DNA of 64,000 nucleotides. Source: Anaerolineales bacterium (lineage in GTDB: Bacteria; Chloroflexota; Anaerolineae; Anaerolineales; UBA11579). This document shows positions 1 through 9,392 of this stretch, in pieces. The stretch spans positions 263,981 through 327,980 of the forward strand of contig JAHBVB010000002.1 of NCBI GenBank assembly GCA_019637805.1, given 5' to 3'. The notes below the pieces were generated by a model. That model ran no database searches. It was not told where the DNA came from and worked only from the letters and a program-made list of their open reading frames with translations. The translations under genes and the position numbers were made by a program. How positions within the stretch are numbered: position 1 is the first letter of the stretch; each line of letters opens with the position of its first letter.

Positions 1-1748
1 ACTACGGCGTGCTGGCTGTGCAAACCGCCTACCTCAAGGCGCATTACCCGGTGGAGTACATGACCGCCGTGCTGTCAGTGACGCTGACCGATACGGACAA
101 GGTCGCCTATTACGCCCAAGACTGCCGCCGCATGGATATTGAAGTGCTGCCGCCGGACGTCAACTACAGCCATTGGGACTTCTCGATCCAGCAGGACGGC
201 GAGAAGACCGCCATCCGCTTCGGCCTGGGCGCCATCAAGAATGTGGGCCATGGCCCGGTCAACGCCATCCTGACCGGGCGCGGGGACGCGCCTTTCAAAG
301 ATCTGGTGGACTTTGGCGAGCGGGTCGACCTGCGCCAGGTGGGCAAGCGCGCCCTGGAGAGCCTGATCAAGTCCGGCGCGCTGGACGCCTTCGGCAACCG
401 CCATGCCATGCTCGAGATCCTGGAGCAGGTGGTTTCGATGAGCGCCGACCTGTTCCATGCCAGGGAAGTGGGCCAGATGAGCCTGTTTGGCGGCGATGTG
501 GTGGCCGGCCCGCAAATCGTGCTGGCCGCCCCGCGGCCGGAAGAGGAAGAAGCCACCCGCCGCGAACGGCTGAACTGGGAGCGTGAGCTGATCGGTCTGT
601 ACGTCTCCGACCACCCGCTCAACCCGCTCCTGCCGCAGCTCAAGGAAGTCGTCACGCACTTCTCCAGCGAGCTGGCCATGCTGGAAGGTGAAGAGCGCGT
701 ACGCGTGGCCGGCATGGTCAAAAGCTGGCGCAGCTTCGCCACCAAGCGCGGCAAGATGATGGCCTTTGTGACTATTGAAGATCCCTTCGGCACCATCGAC
801 ACGATCGTCTTCCCGGGGGTGTGGGAGAAGTTCGGCAACCTGGTGCAGAACGACAAAGTGCTGGTGATGGAAGGCAAGCTGGACCCGCAGAGCGGCGAGA
901 CCAAGCTGCTGGTGGACAAAGTGGACACCAACCTGAACATCACCACCCCCATGGCGGATGCCCCGCTGTCCTACCCGCCCAGCCCGCGGCCGGTCGCACC
1001 GGCCCCGGCGCTGCGCGAGCCGGACCCCGCCGAGCCGTCCAGCCTGCTGGACGCCCCGGAAGATTTTGACCTGGGCGCCATGCCAGAACCCCCAGAGTCC
1101 TTCCCGCCGGGCTGGGAGCTCTCGGTCGAAGATCATTTCCCCTTGGTGGGCAACACCGCCCCGCCAGAGCGGGACGAGCGCCAGCCCGAACTGCCTACCG
1201 AGCCGGAGGGGCAGGCCAGCGCCTCTCAGGCAGAGGAACGCGTGGATGACGCCCCAGACTTTGCCGCCTTTATTGAGCCGGCACCTTCGCTGAGCCGGAC
1301 GCGGGCGCCTGAACCGGCGGCTAAGCAGCCGCCGGCTGACCTGCCAGCCCGGGAGGCCGATGCCCCTGAGATCGCGGTTGGCGGGCTGAGCGTGGCCACC
1401 CAGCCGCCCGAGGCGCTGCCGGTGGCCCCGGCCATTGTGCGCCCCGGCGCGGGCAAACCCGCTCCGGCCGCACGGGCAGAAGGCGACAGTACGCCCAAGA
1501 TGCTGACGGTCTACATCCGCAGCACCGGCGACAAGCACCGCGACATCCTCGCCATTCGCCGCATCCACGGCGCCATCATCAGCTACCCAGGCGGGGACCG
1601 CTTTGCCTTCCAGGTCTTTGAGGGCCGCAGCAGTTACCTGCTCGACTTCCCCAACGACACCACCGACCTGGGCGACGAACTGATCGCCCGGTTGGAGACC
1701 ATGCTGGGCGGGAGCAATTTCCGCGTCGAAACCATCACCTTGCAGTAA
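1..1748 (+). CDS. dnaE: DNA polymerase III alpha subunit, C-terminal half (5' partial), with an atypical C-terminal extension
   Basis: The reading frame is open from the window edge. 'AYLKAHYPVEYMTAVLS' and the OB-fold region 'VRVAGMVKSWRSFATKRGKMMAFVTIEDPFG' are typical of DnaE. From about nt 951 it continues into a Pro/Ala/Glu-rich tract and then a structured ~80-aa terminal domain. Confidence 0.9.
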   Translation, partial: YGVLAVQTAYLKAHYPVEYMTAVLSVTLTDTDKVAYYAQDCRRMDIEVLPPDVNYSHWDFSIQQDGEKTAIRFGLGAIKNVGHGPVNAILTGRGDAPFKDLVDFGERVDLRQVGKRALESLIKSGALDAFGNRHAMLEILEQVVSMSADLFHAREVGQMSLFGGDVVAGPQIVLAAPRPEEEEATRRERLNWERELIGLYVSDHPLNPLLPQLKEVVTHFSSELAMLEGEERVRVAGMVKSWRSFATKRGKMMAFVTIEDPFGTIDTIVFPGVWEKFGNLVQNDKVLVMEGKLDPQSGETKLLVDKVDTNLNITTPMADAPLSYPPSPRPVAPAPALREPDPAEPSSLLDAPEDFDLGAMPEPPESFPPGWELSVEDHFPLVGNTAPPERDERQPELPTEPEGQASASQAEERVDDAPDFAAFIEPAPSLSRTRAPEPAAKQPPADLPAREADAPEIAVGGLSVATQPPEALPVAPAIVRPGAGKPAPAARAEGDSTPKMLTVYIRSTGDKHRDILAIRRIHGAIISYPGGDRFAFQVFEGRSSYLLDFPNDTTDLGDELIARLETMLGGSNFRVETITLQ

Positions 1749-1760
1749 ACTGTGCCTAGG

Positions 1761-2738
1761 ATGAGCGCCAAGATCAAACGCATAGGGGTGCTGACCTCTG
1801 GCGGCGATGCGCCGGGCATGAACCCCTGCATCCGCGCCGTGGTGCGCACCGGGCTGTTCAACGACTGCGAGGTCATCGGCATCCGTGACGGCTATGCCGG
1901 GCTGCTGAACGGTAGCTTTGAAGTGCTGGAGGCGCGCCAGGTGGGCGGCATTATCCAACGCGGCGGCACCATGCTGGGCACCGCCCGCTCGCCGGAAATG
2001 TACGAAGAGGCCGGCCAGCGGGCCGCCCTGCAGGCCCTGCGCCAGCACGAGATCGACGGCCTGATCGTCATCGGTGGCGACGGCTCAATGCGCGGCGGCC
2101 TGGCGCTGGCCGAGCGCGGCGTGCCGGTGGTGGGCATCCCCGGCAGCATCGACAACGACATGTGGGGCACCAACATGGCCATCGGCGTGGATACCGCCCT
2201 CAACACCCTGTGTGACGCCATCGACAAGCTGCGTGACACCGCCTCTTCCCACCGCCGCGCTTTCCTGGTCGAGACCATGGGACGCAACTGCGGCTACCTG
2301 GCGCTGATGGCGGGCGTGATCGGCGGCGCTGAGGTGATCCTGATCCCCGAGGCGCCCAGCACCATCGAGAAGGTGGCTGAGGCGCTGGTGGGCGCTTACC
2401 AGCGCGGCAAGACCCACTCGATCGTGGTCGTCTCAGAAGGGGCCAATATCAAAGTCGCCGAGCTGGCCCAGCACCTTGAGGAGCTGGGTGTCGGTTTCAG
2501 CACGCGCATGACCATCCTCGGCCACATCCAGCGCGGCGGGCGCCCCAGCGCTTTCGACCGCCTGCTGGCCACCCGCCTGGGTGTCAAAGCCGTGGACGCC
2601 CTGCTGGCGGGCTACAGCAACGTGATGGTCGGCCTGCGCGGCCGGGACATCGACCTGGTGCCGCTGGCCGACGTCGTCAGCCGCCAGCGCGAAGCCAACC
2701 TGGAATACTACGAGATGGCGAAGATGCTCGCGTTCTAA
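1761..2738 (+). CDS. pfkA: ATP-dependent 6-phosphofructokinase
   Basis: PfkA motifs 'IGVLTSGGDAPGMN', 'GIPGSIDNDMWGT' and 'ETMGRNCGYLA'. ATG 1761 is preferred; GTG 1752 is an alternative start. Confidence 0.9.
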   Translation: MSAKIKRIGVLTSGGDAPGMNPCIRAVVRTGLFNDCEVIGIRDGYAGLLNGSFEVLEARQVGGIIQRGGTMLGTARSPEMYEEAGQRAALQALRQHEIDGLIVIGGDGSMRGGLALAERGVPVVGIPGSIDNDMWGTNMAIGVDTALNTLCDAIDKLRDTASSHRRAFLVETMGRNCGYLALMAGVIGGAEVILIPEAPSTIEKVAEALVGAYQRGKTHSIVVVSEGANIKVAELAQHLEELGVGFSTRMTILGHIQRGGRPSAFDRLLATRLGVKAVDALLAGYSNVMVGLRGRDIDLVPLADVVSRQREANLEYYEMAKMLAF

Positions 2739-2794
2739 GAGTTGGCGTAAAATCGGGGGGTTTGTTATTAAGTACTTCCGTATATACTTGGCGG

Positions 2795-3151
2795 ATGAGG
2801 CGCATATCCTTGACTGAAGCGCACAGGCGCCTTTCTATCCTGCTGTCCAAGCTGGGCGAAGGGCCTATTACGCTTACCCGCCGCGGCAAGCCTGTGGCTG
2901 TACTGCTGGCGACCGAGGAATACGAGCGCCTGCACCGGCTTGAAATATCGCTTCGCTTTCAAAAAACGCAGGATCGCCTGGCTCGATTAAACGCGGACGT
3001 TCCTGAAGATGAGCTGGCTGCAGATATCCGCTCGGCTCGCCAGTCTATAACAGATGGGTACCTTGAGCAATTGCGTGGGTCTCTCAAGGGTGGCAACGCA
3101 CTGGAGACTCTAATGCGTGAGCGTGAGTGGGAGCGTAGTCGGGACGGGTAG
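2795..3151 (+). CDS. Phd/YefM-like type II antitoxin (orphan; no toxin gene recognised next to it)
   Basis: The N-terminus 'ISLTEAHRRLSILLSKLGEGPITLTRRGKPVAVLLATEEYERL' matches the prevent-host-death antitoxin pattern. The ATG at 2795 was verified in the sequence. The C-terminal ~60 aa are charged and helical. Confidence 0.6.
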   Translation: MRRISLTEAHRRLSILLSKLGEGPITLTRRGKPVAVLLATEEYERLHRLEISLRFQKTQDRLARLNADVPEDELAADIRSARQSITDGYLEQLRGSLKGGNALETLMREREWERSRDG

Positions 3152-3229
3152 ATAGGCTAAAAGAGTAATGCAAATGGCCGCTGCTGGTAGTGAGGTGTCA
3201 CAGGTCAAGCTGGAGGACAAAAACTTAAT

Positions 3230-3697
3230 ATGATCGATAAATTTGAGTATTATCACGGGGCTGCGCTTGTTCGCGTCGTGGATGACCCCAGGTGCTATTC
3301 GATAAAAAAGCGGGGCCAGCAGGGGTATTTAGTCAATGATGCGATTTTTGTCTTCCTTAAGTACTCTACTAAATCCCGCTCACCGTGGGAGTTTTCATTC
3401 GATGCAGAAGATGTTTTGCACAACAATCTTATGCAGGAGGAGTATGGAGAGGCTTTCCTGGGCCTTATATGTGGAGGTGATGGTATTTGCGGCTTAGGTT
3501 GGAGCGAAGCAAAAGAATTACTTGGTGGGCAAGCTGGTCGGATTGCCGCCGGCCGCAAACACAATCGAAGCTATTCTGTTTGGGGAACAACAGGTGAATG
3601 GAAGAGGAAGATATCCCTAAGGCGTTGGCCCGCTCTCCTCTTTGAACCGGTGACTGGAATTGAGATGTTAGGGGAAGAATATGCAACCTCAAACTAG
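3230..3697 (+). CDS. hypothetical protein (155 aa), first gene of the Z1/Dcm/Vsr operon
   Basis: GGAGGA at 3212-3217 lies upstream of the ATG at 3230. The 3' end overlaps the Z1 gene start by 17 nt. I could not recognise any family motif. Confidence 0.6.
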   Translation: MIDKFEYYHGAALVRVVDDPRCYSIKKRGQQGYLVNDAIFVFLKYSTKSRSPWEFSFDAEDVLHNNLMQEEYGEAFLGLICGGDGICGLGWSEAKELLGGQAGRIAAGRKHNRSYSVWGTTGEWKRKISLRRWPALLFEPVTGIEMLGEEYATSN

Positions 3698-5693
3698 ATT
3701 TGTTATTGAAGATGGTCAGCATACTAAAGAGGCCTTGAGCGTTCTAGCAGAAGAGATACAAGCTGAAGGCTCCCTGGAAGCTATTGTTGGAAGAGCAAGA
3801 AGAATATTGGAGCTTTCTGTTGACCCGGTAGCTGGAGCTGTCGATCCAAGTTATGGCCTGCTTTACGGACTTATTCAGAGTGGCAAGACGAGCATAATTA
3901 CGGTCACGGCAGCTATGGCTGCCGACAATGGATTCAAATGCATAATAATCTTAACTTCAGATATTAATCCGCTTTATGATCAAACATTACAACGTATCCG
4001 AAGTCAGTTAAGGGGATTAGCTGTTTTAGGAAAAGCGGATTGGAATGATTATCAAAAATTTGAAAGATATTTGCGGACTTCTCCGTTCGCGATTGTTTGC
4101 TCTAAAAACGCTAACCACCTGAGTAGCCTATTGGAGGCATTTAAAAAGGTCGGGGCCAAAGGAGCACGCGGATTAGCCACAATGATTATTGACGATGAAG
4201 CGGATCAGGCTAGCCTAAATACAAAAGCTCGGTTTAATGCAATACAAAGGACAAATGAACTCAGTAGGATAAATAACCTGATAACAGATTTGCGAAGCTT
4301 TTTTCAGGCCAATACTTATCTTCAAGTAACTGCAACCCCCCAAGCACTTTTTTTACAGAGACCTGACGGTTTTTATAGACCATCATTCACGGTTTTAAGT
4401 GAACCCGGCTTTGGATATGTTGGGGGAGAGGCTTTCTTTGAAGATGCATCAAAGTTCCTTGTTTATGTGCCTTTGGAGGAAACGGAGCAGTTGAAATCAG
4501 GACATCAGCCTCATGCTACAACCGCTATCCCGAGGGGAATGCGTAGAGCATTTTTGAGTTTTCTTGTAGGAGCAACAACAAGAAATTTGGCGCAAAGTTC
4601 TGACGCCTTCGCCTTTCTTGTACATATAAGTCATACCCGGGTTGATCATGAAAATGTTGTGACAGTGATTGATGCTTTTCGTGAAGAGGTGATGAATGCA
4701 CTTAATAATCCTGGAACGCCTGCTCATGAAAGGATGCGAGAGGAAATAGGTGCTGCTTATGCCGATATCGAGGAAACAGAAGGAGAATTACCCGATTTTG
4801 AAGTATTGGTGGATCGGATAAAGTTCCTCTTACCAGGCGCCAGCATAAAAACCATCAACTCGACTTCAGATTCGGCTATATCGTTGGATCACGTATATAG
4901 CATTTTTGTTGGCGGTAACAAGCTGGGGCGCGGCGTTACTATTCCAAATCTTATAACAAGTTATTACGGAAGGAATCCCAAATCTCCCAACGCAGATACG
5001 GTTTTGCAGCATGCCCGGATGTATGGTTATCGCGGTAAGCATTTGGGAATTACCAGACTATTCTTGCCTAAAAAATTGGCCGATCACTTTCGCATTATTC
5101 ACCAAATGGAAAAGGCTTTGCGAGACCTTGTTTCCAGGTATCCGGAGGGCAAGTTTGAGGGAATTTATATTTCTTCACCCCTCCGGCCTACCCGAGGAAA
5201 TGTTCTGGATCCGAATGCAATAGGGGTATATGTTGCTGGTGGATATTGCAATCCCCGTTACCCCTTACGGAATAAGGAAATAGCCAAAGACAGGGATTGG
5301 CTTGACCAAGAATTGTTGCCATTTGATGATCGGAATGAATACCACCCGTCGACAATAGATTTCATAAAGGAAATCATCAACAAGTGTAAGCATGATCCCG
5401 ATGAGGGTGCGGAAATGTGGGATATTCAAACTTTGGAGGTTGCACTTGACAAACTCAAGACCCTCAGGGGAAATAGAGCTTACCTTCGTGTGAGAACTGG
5501 GAGAAACCTCAACGAACCAAGGCGCGAGACACAAGGTTTCTTAACGGGCGGAGAAGAAGGTCTTGTTCCTTCTGATGCCCCAACTTTGTTCATCTACAGA
5601 ATTAATGAGAACGACCGCGGCGAAGCTGTTTGGTGGCCACAAATCAGATTTCCAGAAGGTAACTATGCGTTGGCTTTTAGCTTTGATAGGTAG
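3681..5693 (+). CDS. Z1-domain protein with an SF2 helicase-like P-loop NTPase core
   Basis: Walker A 'GLIQSGKTS', Walker B 'MIIDDEADQAS', motif III-like 'LQVTATP', and the Z1 / helicase motif VI-like 'GGNKLGRGVTIPNLITSYY'. It sits immediately upstream of dcm, which is the context described for Z1 (PF10593). Confidence 0.75.
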   Translation: MQPQTRFVIEDGQHTKEALSVLAEEIQAEGSLEAIVGRARRILELSVDPVAGAVDPSYGLLYGLIQSGKTSIITVTAAMAADNGFKCIIILTSDINPLYDQTLQRIRSQLRGLAVLGKADWNDYQKFERYLRTSPFAIVCSKNANHLSSLLEAFKKVGAKGARGLATMIIDDEADQASLNTKARFNAIQRTNELSRINNLITDLRSFFQANTYLQVTATPQALFLQRPDGFYRPSFTVLSEPGFGYVGGEAFFEDASKFLVYVPLEETEQLKSGHQPHATTAIPRGMRRAFLSFLVGATTRNLAQSSDAFAFLVHISHTRVDHENVVTVIDAFREEVMNALNNPGTPAHERMREEIGAAYADIEETEGELPDFEVLVDRIKFLLPGASIKTINSTSDSAISLDHVYSIFVGGNKLGRGVTIPNLITSYYGRNPKSPNADTVLQHARMYGYRGKHLGITRLFLPKKLADHFRIIHQMEKALRDLVSRYPEGKFEGIYISSPLRPTRGNVLDPNAIGVYVAGGYCNPRYPLRNKEIAKDRDWLDQELLPFDDRNEYHPSTIDFIKEIINKCKHDPDEGAEMWDIQTLEVALDKLKTLRGNRAYLRVRTGRNLNEPRRETQGFLTGGEEGLVPSDAPTLFIYRINENDRGEAVWWPQIRFPEGNYALAFSFDR

Positions 5694-6756
5694 AATAAAA
5701 AATTTACTCTTAGTCAGAAAGCCGCTCATTGCGATTGATGTTTTTTCAGGAGCGGGCGGAATGACTCTGGGTCTGAAACAAGCAGGCTTTAGAGTTATTG
5801 CTGCTGTTGAAGTTGATCAATTGGCAGTAGATACTTACAGAGTTAATCACCCCGAAGTTGAAGTCTGGCAGCAGGATGTCCGGCAAGTTAGCGGTGAAGA
5901 TATCCTGAAAGCTTTAAAATTGCGGGAAGGGGAATTAGATGTTTTGGCGGGTTGTCCCCCTTGCCAAGGGTTTTCATCTATAAGGACGCTAAACGGCAAG
6001 AAAAGACCGCGTGATGAACGCAATGATCTTATTTTTGATTTTCTAAGACTTGTTGAGGAATTGAAACCAAAAGTGGTCTTGTTGGAAAATGTTCCTGCAC
6101 TTGCTAAAAAAGAAAGATTGGTAAGGTTCACTCGGAGTCTGCGGAAGCTCGGTTATACCTTTAGTGGAACACCGATGATCCTTAACACCGCAGACTTTGG
6201 AGTTCCACAGCGTCGCAGAAGAATGATTTTCATTGGTAGCAGGGTGGGTGAAATAAAAATGCCTGAAAAGGAAGTGGAAGCAGTTACTGTACGGGCAAGT
6301 ATTGGCGATTTGCCTCTACCGGGTGAAAGTGGAGATCCGCTGCACGATATAAAAGAACAGCGCGCTCCACACACCGTGAAAATGATAAAAAAAGTTCCAA
6401 GAGATGGAGGGAGTCGGTCAGATTTACCTGAGGAGTATCATTTGCCTTGTCACAAAAAATCTCCTAATGGATTCAAGGATGTCTACGGGCGAATGTCTTG
6501 GGATAACGTGGCCCCAACTATTACGAGTGGATGCAATAACCCATCCAAAGGCCGCTTCCTCCACCCAACACAACATAGGGCAATAACATTGCGTGAAGCA
6601 GCTATTTTTCAATCTTTCCCGAAGGATTATTATTTTTCTCTCGAAAAAGGTAAGAACGGTGCTGCTATTATGATTGGTAATGCCTTGCCCCCTAAATTCG
6701 TTCAGAAGCAAGCTGTTGCAATTAAAGATGCTATACGTGCTTCCCGAACTTTGTAA
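5665..6756 (+). CDS. dcm: DNA (cytosine-5)-methyltransferase
   Basis: Motif I 'IDVFSGAGGMTLG', motif IV 'GCPPCQGFS', motif VI 'LLENV', motif VIII 'QRRRR', motif X 'GNALPP'. The ATG at 5665 was verified and overlaps the Z1 stop by 29 nt. Confidence 0.92.
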   Translation: MRWLLALIGRIKNLLLVRKPLIAIDVFSGAGGMTLGLKQAGFRVIAAVEVDQLAVDTYRVNHPEVEVWQQDVRQVSGEDILKALKLREGELDVLAGCPPCQGFSSIRTLNGKKRPRDERNDLIFDFLRLVEELKPKVVLLENVPALAKKERLVRFTRSLRKLGYTFSGTPMILNTADFGVPQRRRRMIFIGSRVGEIKMPEKEVEAVTVRASIGDLPLPGESGDPLHDIKEQRAPHTVKMIKKVPRDGGSRSDLPEEYHLPCHKKSPNGFKDVYGRMSWDNVAPTITSGCNNPSKGRFLHPTQHRAITLREAAIFQSFPKDYYFSLEKGKNGAAIMIGNALPPKFVQKQAVAIKDAIRASRTL

Positions 6757-6757
6757 C

Positions 6758-7171
6758 ATGGATAAGTTGACCAAGGAACAAAGAAGCAGAAATATGAGCA
6801 GGATTCGCTCATCTATGACTGGCTTCGAGCAAAAGATATTCAAAAAACTAAAAAATAAGCGTATTTATTTCCAAACTCATTACACCCGAGTAATTGGTAA
6901 GCCTGACATAGCTTTGCCGAGATCTCGCAAAGCGGTTTTTCTGCATAGTGACTTTTGGCATGGCTGGCGACTGCCCAGCTGGGAAAATGTACTCCCTAAC
7001 GAATTTTGGATTAATAAGCTGAGACAAAATCGAAAACGCGATAGAAAAGTAATTCGAAAATTGCGTCAAATGGGCTGGGATGTTTTTGTTTTATGGGAGC
7101 ATTCGTACAAAAAAGACCCAGATGGATCGATTGACAAAATTATTAACTTTCTAAAGAGCGATTCCCTGTAA
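6758..7171 (+). CDS. vsr: very short patch repair endonuclease
   Basis: 'RSRNMSRIRS', 'GKPDIALP' and 'AVFLHSDFWHGW' match Vsr family signatures. The ATG lies 1 nt after the dcm stop. Confidence 0.88.
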   Translation: MDKLTKEQRSRNMSRIRSSMTGFEQKIFKKLKNKRIYFQTHYTRVIGKPDIALPRSRKAVFLHSDFWHGWRLPSWENVLPNEFWINKLRQNRKRDRKVIRKLRQMGWDVFVLWEHSYKKDPDGSIDKIINFLKSDSL

Positions 7172-7334
7172 AGCAGACTACTGTTTAAAAGGAAAATAAT
7201 ATTACTTGTGGCTTGACTTCAACTGGAGTCTTCATGCTGCATATACCTGCCCATGCTTTAATACTGCTTGGGGCAAAATTTGTGAACCACAAATCCGCAT
7301 TCGGGGCGGCTCTCTGTCAAATGTAATACCTGGC

Positions 7335-7362
7335 TTGACACGCCCGCTCCCCCCAATAGTAT
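7335..7362 (+). promoter_or_regulatory. sigma-70-like promoter motif TTGACA-16nt-TAGTAT in the non-coding island tail
   Basis: TTGACA at 7335-7340 and TAGTAT at 7357-7362. No plus-strand gene lies downstream before the convergent mutase gene. Confidence 0.2.
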
Positions 7363-7565
7363 TGTTACAACTTGCACGGCTTTGCTGCACACCGTGTGCT
7401 GGAAAACGCAGATGACGCGTATCAAACCGAGAGGGATAAATGCTGTCTAGGTCAATTGCCGTCAAGCCATTGCCGGCCCAAAGTTGTATTAAAACCCCTG
7501 CCCCCCATCGCGTTAATATATCTTTTTCAAGCTGTTGGACAGAAATTGCCTGCAGTGAACTGCTA

Positions 7566-7610
7566 AGCCAACCGCTTTTGGGTTGGCTAGGCCTACCGCT
7601 TTTTGGTTGG

Positions 7611-7613
<3 letters not shown>
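7566..7613. repeat. Hairpin (AGCCAACC/GGTTGGCT) plus a 19-nt near-perfect direct repeat ACCGCTTTT(G/T)GGTTGGCTA x2
   Basis: Repeat copies at 7571-7589 and 7595-7613 differ at one position. The second copy overlaps the mutase stop codon (7611-7613). Possible terminator or island junction scar. Confidence 0.5.
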
Positions 7614-9290
<1,677 letters not shown>

Positions 9291-9392
9291 CTGGGCGTGT
9301 CCTCCAGGGTGAGGGCGAATAACGCCATTATAGCTGATTGAGCGTCCCTGACTGCCGCTGGCCAGTTCGCTCAGAACGGGGATAATCGCAGG

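Larger units (their letters stand above)
2740..7610. other. Low-GC genomic island (likely horizontally acquired) carrying the Z1/Dcm/Vsr operon
   Basis: Hand-counted 60-nt lines give 45% (3901), 32% (4021) and 35% (6001) GC, against 73% at line 1801. The island is bounded by the pfkA stop (2738) and the mutase stop (7611). No integrase or transposase was recognised. Confidence 0.7.

Noticed and set aside
75-2048. 657-aa ORF antisense to dnaE/pfkA.
   Set aside because: It is Arg/Gly/Ala-rich with no motifs, and it lies opposite two genes with unambiguous family signatures. This is a typical high-GC shadow ORF.
2741-2754. GTTGGCGTAAAATC versus GTTGGCTAAATTTC (7606-7619) as island att-like direct repeats.
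   Set aside because: Only about 11 of 14 positions match, and a gap is needed. GTTGGCT also recurs at 7583-7589. Chance similarity cannot be excluded, so it is mentioned only as a weak lead.
3230-3697. Reading the 155-aa protein as a PD-(D/E)XK nuclease ('VND...FLKYSTK') or a TIR-like domain ('VFLKYSTKS').
   Set aside because: The acidic residue of a (D/E)xK triad is missing, and the TIR-like strand is not N-terminal. The resemblance is too weak to claim without profile searches.
5563-5664. Longer N-terminus for dcm (ORF track start at 5563).
   Set aside because: It would overlap the Z1 gene by 131 nt. ATG 5665 leaves a normal distance to methyltransferase motif I.
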